DNA of 64,000 nt from Setoptus koraiensis (taxonomy: Eukaryota > Animalia > Arthropoda): positions 22,878,001-22,942,000 of the forward strand of contig CM106585.1 in the NCBI GenBank assembly GCA_048013815.1, given 5' to 3'. Made by a program: the position numbers and the translations under genes. Positions 11,009 through 19,570 of the stretch are shown here, one piece after another. The notes beneath the pieces were generated by a model. The model saw only the letters and a list, made by a program, of their open reading frames with translations, did not search any database and was not told where the DNA came from. Position 1 is the first letter of the stretch. Each line of letters opens with the position of its first letter.

Positions 11009-12571
11009 TTAGAGCTGACTACCCAAGTTCTCAAAAGCTGTCTTCTGTGCTTTAGCTGCATCCAATGAACTGTAGATATTTGCAAATTCATATTCACTTC
11101 TAGCACAATCTAACGCCTGCTCGAACAATTTAATTGCATCGTCAACTTTTCCTCGTTGTATCTCCATGGAAGCCAGTATCTCAAGAGGATATTTGAAGAG
11201 AGGATCCATTTTGATTGCTTCCTTAAGTAAATCGATAGCTTTTTGCGAGTCATTTTGCCATTGTACGTAGAGTACTGCTAAATTCACTGCTATGTTGCTA
11301 TCTTTGGGGCTCTTGCTCAAAACCTTTCTATAGAGTTCATCAGCGGCTTCGAATTCACCGAGATCCATCAAAGCTTGTGCGTAAGTTTGCTGAAGCTCAA
11401 GTGAATCAGGTGACTGCTTCAATGCAGTTTTGAATAGTTTGTTCAGATATTCCAAGGCGGTTTCTCTGTTTGACAAGACGCCGTCTCTCATTGAGATGCG
11501 AAATTCAATGTAATGTTTCTGCGCTAAAGCCGAATAAAATCTAGGGTTGAGCTCGGTGGCCTTATCAAGATCCTTTTTAGCCTTGTCTAGTTTGTCCCCT
11601 AGTGTATAGGTTTGAGCGCGATGTATGTATATGTCTGGATTATCTGGTTGTAGCTTGAGTGCCTCATTGTAAATAGAAAGAATGGGTTCGATATCATCGT
11701 TTTCTTGAATGACCATTGTTGCAATCAGGCTGTTGGCCTTCTTTAAGAGAGCATTTGTTTTAATAGAAGCAGAACAGTGTTCTGATTGTATCAATTCGTC
11801 GAATATCACTTCAGACAAGTTAACTTCACCCGTGAGTGCTTTACAAGTGGCCTTAATAAGTTGATGGAAATAATATTCCTCATCAGGGGGTTTACAGACA
11901 GAATCTTCGGCTTCTTGGTAAAGGCGCTTGAGATCATCAATAGTGACTGTGGGGCACTTACTATAAATAGGATCTTGACAAAATGAAGCAAAATAGCCTT
12001 TTACGACAGTATAAGAAGGCCACTTTGGTTCATAATTTTCCATGGCTTTAGCAGCTTTTAATTTACTTGAAGCTCTCAATAATCTATCTGTCAACATTAG
12101 TGTATCCTGATTTTGGAATTCCTCTAATACACAAGCAGTTGTTGCATCACTAATGGCCTCTTCATATTGATCTAATTTTTCGTGACATTTAGATCGCCTT
12201 ACAAAAGCTTTAACATACTTTCTATTGTTTTCTATGGCGGCCGTACAATCGTCTAGGCATTCTTTGTGTTTGTTGAGGACATCATAAGCGGCAGCTCTAT
12301 TCTGATAGAATGTTGCCAAATCGCTTGCTTTAACTAATTTTCCATTCTTGTAAAGTTCTATAGCTTGTGTATAATAATTTATGGCCTCCTCATGATTTCC
12401 TTTCATGTAGTGATCGTTGCCGAGTTTTTTCAATTGTATAGGCGTCTTGGTCTCTATTGGTGTGGGTTGTATCTGTCGTTTAGCACGTCTATAATTGTAG
12501 ATTTTGAAAACGGTCCAACCAAAGAAGCCGGCTAAGCATGCTGTGGCAAGCACGCGGGCAGATAATGACAT
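11009..12571 (-). CDS. TOMM70: Mitochondrial import receptor TOM70, intronless, 520 aa
   Basis: N-terminal signal-anchor (ACLAGFFGWTVFKIYNYRR), clamp TPRs (LKKLGNDHYMKGNHEEAINYYTQAI; FYQNRAAAYD; YVKAFVRRSKCHEKL), the TOM70-typical DATTACVLEEFQN and PSYTVVKGYFASFCQDP, and further TPRs. Confidence 0.93.
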   Translation of the reverse strand: MSLSARVLATACLAGFFGWTVFKIYNYRRAKRQIQPTPIETKTPIQLKKLGNDHYMKGNHEEAINYYTQAIELYKNGKLVKASDLATFYQNRAAAYDVLNKHKECLDDCTAAIENNRKYVKAFVRRSKCHEKLDQYEEAISDATTACVLEEFQNQDTLMLTDRLLRASSKLKAAKAMENYEPKWPSYTVVKGYFASFCQDPIYSKCPTVTIDDLKRLYQEAEDSVCKPPDEEYYFHQLIKATCKALTGEVNLSEVIFDELIQSEHCSASIKTNALLKKANSLIATMVIQENDDIEPILSIYNEALKLQPDNPDIYIHRAQTYTLGDKLDKAKKDLDKATELNPRFYSALAQKHYIEFRISMRDGVLSNRETALEYLNKLFKTALKQSPDSLELQQTYAQALMDLGEFEAADELYRKVLSKSPKDSNIAVNLAVLYVQWQNDSQKAIDLLKEAIKMDPLFKYPLEILASMEIQRGKVDDAIKLFEQALDCARSEYEFANIYSSLDAAKAQKTAFENLGSQL

Positions 12572-14523
12572 ATTTTAATTGACACCAATGATGAGTATTT
12601 GTATATGTAGATTTGTATGTATACAGGTGAGTGATAATGGGCTCTCAAATCGAATATACCACAAGTATATATCAGTCAAATCATAACGTTGATATAATTG
12701 TCGAAACCAGAATTACAACATCCAACAGCATTGATTCGACATGCACTGACGGATTATTTATAGAACACAAAAACAATGTGGCCATAACCAATGCACAAAG
12801 ATTACCACAGACCACATTTCTCTTGCTCATCTCTAATCTAAGCGCTAAATTTGAATTCCCAACACGTGCGAATTTTGCGTGGGAGTTGCTGGCGCACACT
12901 CAAGACTGACACCACCATCTGTTAATTTTCGAACGTCCGGTTCTCACGAGCGCTCCACTGTCTTGACTAGGATAGGGATGTAGAGTCCGATCAATTGAAG
13001 TTGTAAGTTAGCTAGACCAGAGGGATACACCTGACCCTAATCAGGAGGCCAATGAGGCTTCGAATTGATTGATGATCCTCAATAACAGACTATCGATGGG
13101 TGGATGACAGCGATAGTGAAGCGCTATAATTTCAGTTTATTTCATTGGTCAAAGTTCCCACTTGTAACAATACCTACAAACGCATTCTCTCGAGAGAATC
13201 AGTACATGTTCTCATCTTAGGCAGTATATCAGGTTCTGTTATTGTAGCTGCGATATTAGTATTGTTATCACCACCTTTGTTGTTCGTGACAACACTCGTT
13301 ATATAGGGTCTTGTCAGACAATAGATTGAATTGTTATGCATATGGCCTCTAGTCATGAGATGCGTCATCTGCCTACGTTAATAAACTGTGGTTAGGCACC
13401 GTTTGATGGTTAATTCATGCTATCTATTAACGATGATTGTTATCTTGACTAGCACCGATAGTGCGACCAGCACATATGGACAACCATATTGATGAAAAAT
13501 GAGTACCACGAACAATTTGAAGTGCCTAAGACTGAGTACTCACTCTCATTGCACTATAGAGGCATTTTCAATGGATGAGATGAAGAAATTTTTCAACCCA
13601 ACTCTTATTTATCTACTTGTGGCCGCCGAAAATTTTTCATCCCAAACGATCAAACGCCCCTTATCAAAGAGAGACAGAGACCCCCACCCCTCGATTTGTC
13701 GCACTCACTTATCGAGGTCTGCGCGTCCAAAATGGGCCCAGCCCAATATTTGGATTGTCATAATTTCTTGCTGATCAGAAAGTTGTGTTCTTTGGTGCAC
13801 AAAAGATTGGACCCTTTATGTTTTCCATCGACATCGTTAATTTAAGAGCACTCGACACTCATGGAAACAAATTGACCAAGATTGAGAGAAACGAACGCAA
13901 GCCTTGTGTATCTTACTTAAAACACTTCGCTACTGAGGTCCAGAGTCTTGCTATGGTGTCCTCAAAGATTATGACACCTCATCTGAAGGCCTTTCCTTGC
14001 AAATCGCGAGTGTAGCTTGTGATTATCAGATAGTGGACATCGATTGGACGTATTGAGGCGTTTAGTTGGAATGTCACCCAATGTGGAACTGATAAAGTTT
14101 TGCGATTGCTCATAAACTTTTGCTTGTTTGTCACCAAAAACAATTGCCTGATTTTTCATAATTTTCCAGAGGCCTCTCGATGAATCAGTACATAAAGTCT
14201 CTAATATGGTAAAAAAATTACGAAATTTCGGCGCGCATTCATAAAAGCTGAAATCGAATCAGCGCCGTCGAACAATATTAGCCATCCGCGATTGTAATCT
14301 AGTAGCCTTAAGTAATCCATACCTCACGGCTCATTTCGTCTTCCTATAACTTTTGCATCAGCATTACCATCAGTGATGGAATGGTAATCTCAGATTTAAC
14401 TTAGTTATTTCGTTAGTTTTTCCTTCGCATGTATTTAAACGTTTGTAGTGCTCATACATTTTTGGAGCCTAAAATCACATCCCAGCATACATATACTAAA
14501 TCAACGGCTTGCCAAATAGTACA

Positions 14524-14754
14524 ATGGGAAATAATTGCCTAACAGGGTCCAGCTACATCGATGTGTGCTTTATAGCCATATTTTTGGGTTTTATTGCTAC
14601 GCTGACATTGATGTTGAAGTGCTTGGAAATATACATTCTTTGGGATAATGAATTGATTGAGGAGAATGTCCCAAATGATCCCGTTCCGTCAGGCGGACCG
14701 GAACTTGCAGCGATAAAAGAATACAGGCGCCAGCAAATGCGCTTGAAGAGATGA
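14524..14754 (+). CDS. Candidate small single-pass membrane protein (76 aa)
   Basis: ATG in good context (ACA-ATG-G). MGNNC start, hydrophobic helix VCFIAIFLGFIATLTLML, then an acidic/Pro segment and a basic tail (KEYRRQQMRLKR). No family recognised. Confidence 0.4.
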   Translation: MGNNCLTGSSYIDVCFIAIFLGFIATLTLMLKCLEIYILWDNELIEENVPNDPVPSGGPELAAIKEYRRQQMRLKR

Positions 14755-15966
14755 ATCATCGAAATCTATCATTATCTACAATCACAGCAGCCAACCGGTA
14801 TGTAGTGACCAAGTGTTATAAAAATATACACATAGTTTTTTTTTGATTATTGCACACTTTTACCAAAAATTTTGTAAAAGTCATTCTCAGCTTATGAGTT
14901 TGACATGTGGTTTACAAGTTTGTCGCTACTCACTCCCATCTCCTTTAACCGCGCCTCCCTTCTCCCAGATCTCCCAGAAAAATCCAGAACTCCCTTGAAT
15001 TCCGTCACACTATTTTTTTTTTTTCACAAGCGGAAAACTCTATGCGATTCTTACAAGAAAAGAGGGGTAGCGCTCTTTTTTTACCATTTATGCAAAATTT
15101 GTGCGTCCGCGCGTAGGGACCTGGGGAAAGTTGAATGAGATAAAGGGGGCGCGTTTTCAATTCAGCACCGAAGAACGTGACAAGTCGCGTCTAGATAGGT
15201 AATAGAGTCGAGGTTGCTGTGTGTCCCCCCGAGTGCTCTTTTTCTTTTTGATTCATCCACTTTTTCAACAGGTGAGAGAGAGAGAGAGGAGCTTTCGCCG
15301 CCAGAGGCGCCGTTTTAGTTCGTTTAGTTAACTAGTTTAGCTAGTATTCCGGCAGATAACAACTCACCGTCTACAAATCAACTGCAATTCCATCTGACCC
15401 AAGATAGCTGCGGTGGCGCCCCACCTTACAAAGCGTCTACTGACCGAGTCAATGTGGTCCCGTGCATTGTCAGACAAGAGGTGAGTTACAACAAGGTGGC
15501 GTTTGTCGCTTTATTTCACTTACACTTGTTAGTCGCAGTTTGTTTTGGGTCCGAAGTATCTGCAGGGTATTGATTAGGCAACAACAGCGCCACCATCTAG
15601 CGTCAAGAACAATCCATCCCATGTGTTTTCTCACAGCACATTACAAAGCACACCCGTTCGAAAAAGAGAAACATTTAACAGGACACTCCGGGCTTGGTTG
15701 TGCAGTTTTCGATTGCTATAAGCGCCTCTACCGTTACAATTTTGAACTACAAGTAGCTGTAAGTTCATCGGTAAAATATCATAGAGTAAGTTTCCGCTGC
15801 CTTCATCATGCCACTCAGCATTCCAAAATCTTCTGTTGAAATTTAATAGGTACCAAAAAATATTTAGGTTGCTCATAATAAATCATCATTATTTTTATCT
15901 AGATTTATAGAATTAAATTATTATAGAAATAAATGACCCAACAATAGCATTAGGAAAGGATACAGG

Positions 15967-16509
15967 ATGCACACCTTTATGTCTAGGCTCAATGCAATAT
16001 TTGCATTCTCATTATCTATTCTGGCCCTCCTGACACTCATATTTGCCATGTCCACTTCGTACAAATCATACGGAGATCTAGCTAAAATAGATATAGAAAC
16101 TATCAAAGCGTTAGTTAAACGAGTATCGGATTACAGCATTGGTGACGGTTCTCAAGAGAATGATCTCGGATTTGTATTATTCAATATGAATGCTGATTTT
16201 GAAAATTGTTTTGACTGGAATGTGAAACAATTATTTATCTATCTCACAGCAAACTACCAGACAAAAGATAATATAGTCAACCAAGTAGTATTATGGGATC
16301 ATATACTTCAGAGAGGCGAAGAGGGAAAATTGGTGCTCGATAGACGAAGCCCCAAATACTATTTATGGGACGATGGAAATGGTCTCAAAGGCAATCAAAA
16401 TGTCACCTTAACACTCTCGTTGAATATTGTGCCCAATGCAGGCTTCCTACAGACAGCCTCATCATCATTGACCCACACATTCGCCTTCCCCAATGAATAC
16501 GCAAAATAA
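15967..16509 (+). CDS. SPCS3: Signal peptidase complex subunit 3 (SPC22/23), intronless, 180 aa
   Basis: N-terminal anchor MHTFMSRLNAIFAFSLSILALLT, FDWNVKQLFIYLTANY, NQVVLWDHI, KYYLWDDGNGLKG, NIVPNAG. Confidence 0.95.
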   Translation: MHTFMSRLNAIFAFSLSILALLTLIFAMSTSYKSYGDLAKIDIETIKALVKRVSDYSIGDGSQENDLGFVLFNMNADFENCFDWNVKQLFIYLTANYQTKDNIVNQVVLWDHILQRGEEGKLVLDRRSPKYYLWDDGNGLKGNQNVTLTLSLNIVPNAGFLQTASSSLTHTFAFPNEYAK

Positions 16510-16625
16510 GTAAATGAGGGATATTCTCAGAGGTTACTATAGATACTATTCGATTAAATCTCCAATCAAATCTATATCTTTATTATCTATGTTGTAAATT
16601 TATTATTGAGTGCCTAATTCCAGTT

Positions 16626-17682
16626 CTATAATACTGGTGGTGGTGGAGCTTGTTTGAACTTGAGAATAACCTGGATAGCGAGAGGTAAAAACAAAAGGTT
16701 AGAGAGGCTAGTATCAAGGCTCAAATATAGCAACGAGAATTACTCAGTCTGTGGTGGCTATTTCTTTATGTCGTACCTTGAAATCTTCACTATAGAGCTT
16801 GTGAGTAGTATCTTTGTATGCTTTGTCCAAATGATCTTTGTTGAATACAAGGTTAAGACCTCCTGCAAAAAATGTATTAAACCAAAATTGGAACAATTTA
16901 TCCTTCTTAATTTTGGATTTTTGTTGAAAGAATTCAACTTTGATATCACCACAAACGTAGAGAGGGTCTTCAAAAGTATAATGTTGTAGATTCTGGTTGT
17001 GATTACAGATTTTACTACCCTCTGAGCCGAGATTGATGACAAAATATGTGTTAGTTGTTGATGTTGATTGTGGTGTGGGTTCTAAACTTATGGATAATAA
17101 TATTAGACCAACTGGTCTATAGGTTAAATTTAATCTGACTAGCTCTTGATAATAATCTACATAACGTTTTTGACTTGGAATGGTAACACCTTTATTATCA
17201 TGAGTACGTTTTCTTCCATAATAATCTAGGGCGCTTTGGGAGTTATCGACGAGACCCTTATGTAACATATATGCACATATCATGACACCAGTGCGGCCCT
17301 TACCAGCCTTGCAGTGTATGGCAGCAACGTTTCTATCATCATAAGCTAGCCACTTATCGACGTCCTCACAAAATTCACGCATCTTTTCTAGTAGAGGCGG
17401 ACTATGATCATCGAATGGGAATTCGGCAACACGGTTATGAAATTTGTCCCAATCGTAATGGCGCTCTGAGCATAAATTGTAAATCCTATAATGATTGTAA
17501 TGTTTTGAGTCCAAAAATCTAACAACTTCGTCGATTGGATTACGATAAACACCTTCCAATTTATCGGCAGGAAAGCCCATAGCTATAATATTATCATAGA
17601 TATAAGTAAGATCCAGATTGAATCCGTCTTCTTTGTAACGTTTCTTTTTTTTGCTTACTAAACTACGTATCTTGGCCGTCAT
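16626..17682 (-). CDS. PTEN: PTEN lipid phosphatase, 2 exons, 316 aa
   Basis: PIP2-binding N-terminus (LVSKKKKRY), DLTYI, IIAMGFP, FPFDDH, intact P-loop [17 protein letters not shown] and C2 domain (FQFWFNTFF; LDKAYKD). Exon 1 is 17682-16777, the phase-0 intron is 16776-16671 (AAG|GTACGA...TATCCAG|GTT), and exon 2 is 16670-16626, encoding [14 protein letters not shown]-stop. Confidence 0.95.
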
Positions 17683-17929
17683 TGTATGTGTCGTAACAGT
17701 GGCTGTAATATTAGTTGTAACACTAGTGATGATATTAATAGTGGTCGATGCAATAGTGATGAAGTAAAAATGATGTTATGCTGGTAAAGATGCTGATGAT
17801 TTAATAGTAATAATAGTACTATAATAAAACGATGATTATATTAGCGACGGCTATAGTTGCAGTTCATAATAATAAGAAATATAACGATAATAATAGCAGC
17901 AATAGTAATAATGACCTGGCCACAACCTA

Positions 17930-18130
17930 GTAATTATAATGAAGATAGTAGTAATAGTAATAATAATGGTACTAACTGTAATAATAGTAAGAATAATAAT
18001 AATAACCAGTAATAATAATAATAATAATAATAGCAATAATAATAATAATAGTAATAATAATAATAATAATAGCAATAATAATAATAATAATAATAGTAAT
18101 AATAATAATAATAATAATAGTGATGATAAT
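17930..18130. repeat. Imperfect (AAT)n/(AGT/AGC) microsatellite upstream of PTEN
   Basis: Runs of AATAATAAT interrupted by AGT/AGC; this accounts for the poly-I/L/N ORFs at 17851-18199. Confidence 0.9.
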
Positions 18131-18789
18131 AGCTACAACTTGCGTTATTGGCTCAAAGGATTGAGGAATAAAGATCGTAGGTTGCACAGGTTGTAACACA
18201 CTGTGTGTGCGTTAAACACAGTAGTTATCGCGTGTGAATTTAAGCCAAGTTCTACGACTAAAGGGAACAACCATGCTTTGTGACACATTGTGCCGCACAA
18301 CAACAGAAAACGTGCAATGTGCTCACACAGACCATACCTCACCAAACGAATCATCTGCGTCTTATGTAGCATAGAGATAATGGTGGCTTGGCACATTTTG
18401 TACATTCGCAACACGGCACACACTGTGCCTGTATGCGGAGAGTTACATTATAAGATGTGGTTTTGTTACACAAACGAGAGAGGCGCTTCCATAAAAACAA
18501 CATACATAACAGTTGTTTCTTTCACCATCGTTATGCAGCAGCATTCAGAAATCGTGCTGGCCAGCTTACAACACAGTAGTTCAGGGTTTGCTCGCTTGGG
18601 TACGCTCGCAATTCACAATAGTAGCTCGGCAAGTGGATAGTGTCTAGACAAATGTCTCAATTATCAATATTGTCATTATTGTTATTCGAGATCAACTAAT
18701 TTCTGCGTATTTTCGAAGCAAATATCACCGTGTATCAAGTAGAGGTGTTTGGAAGCTCGGCGCGCAGAGCTTGTCGGGCAGGTGCTAAC

Positions 18790-18987
18790 TAACTGTTTGT
18801 TTGCTTTGTTTATTTTCCTTTTATTTTTCCAACGAAAGAGCAGGGCGGCTGAGTCAAGATTTTTGTTTGCCAGCCCAATTCGAGCACGCCTCCGACTATC
18901 CATGGTACCACTATCCTTGGTACATCCAAGATAATTGAGCCGAAATGAAGCCTGGTAGAGGATGGCCTTTACAGTTGGTGTGACAAT
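18790..18987 (-). mobile_element. Possible degenerate fragment of a non-LTR retrotransposon (RTE/L2-type region after the RT domain)
   Basis: The minus frame reads LNYLGCTKDSGTMDSRRRARIGLANKN...LFRWKNKRKINK. This resembles the YLG...DG..D.EI..RIG.A...F..L...WK...IS motif that follows the RT domain in RTE-like LINEs. Similarity judged by eye. Confidence 0.4.
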
Positions 18988-19570
18988 TCAATTTCATTTT
19001 TCCATTTTGTTCACTCCTCGCGAATACTTATTCCCATGAATGTTGTCACTATTGTTGGTGCCCTTTCGAGATTAAAGATTTGTCGTTGCGCTTGATATCC
19101 TCCTTAACTTCTCTATAAATGTTCTCAGAACTGGCCAAGAGCTTGTTGAAGTCTGTGAAAAGAAACAAGAATCATTGAGTCCAAAAAGAAACTACGATCC
19201 CGTTTGAGAGTAGCTCGCAGTGGAGTGGGTGTTCAAAGAAGTGATTTGCACACAGGCGACTAGAGTATTGGCTGAGAAAGTCGCCAGTCAGATGTAGACA
19301 TTGAACATTTCTTAAGCTCGTAGATGAAATTACAACCTAATATATTTATATATATATATATATATACAATGTATTTACAACTTTATATGCGAAATATTCG
19401 TGATTAAGGCATCTTTATAAACAGTGATAGTTTGAAATGCTATTCAATGAACATCTTATGACAATGATCCTTCTGATAACGAACAAACAAAATGATGGAA
19501 AAGAGGATAATACGTATAAAATGAAAATAAACCTTGACCAAAGATAATGTCATTCGCATGATGATGTAAT

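Noticed and set aside
15400-15610. Repeated GGTGGCG motifs resembling CTCF sites upstream of SPCS3
   Set aside because: Only the 3' half of the CTCF consensus matches, which is insufficient without a PWM scan.
17851-18199. Poly-Leu/Ile/Asn ORFs
   Set aside because: Translations of the (AAT)n microsatellite.
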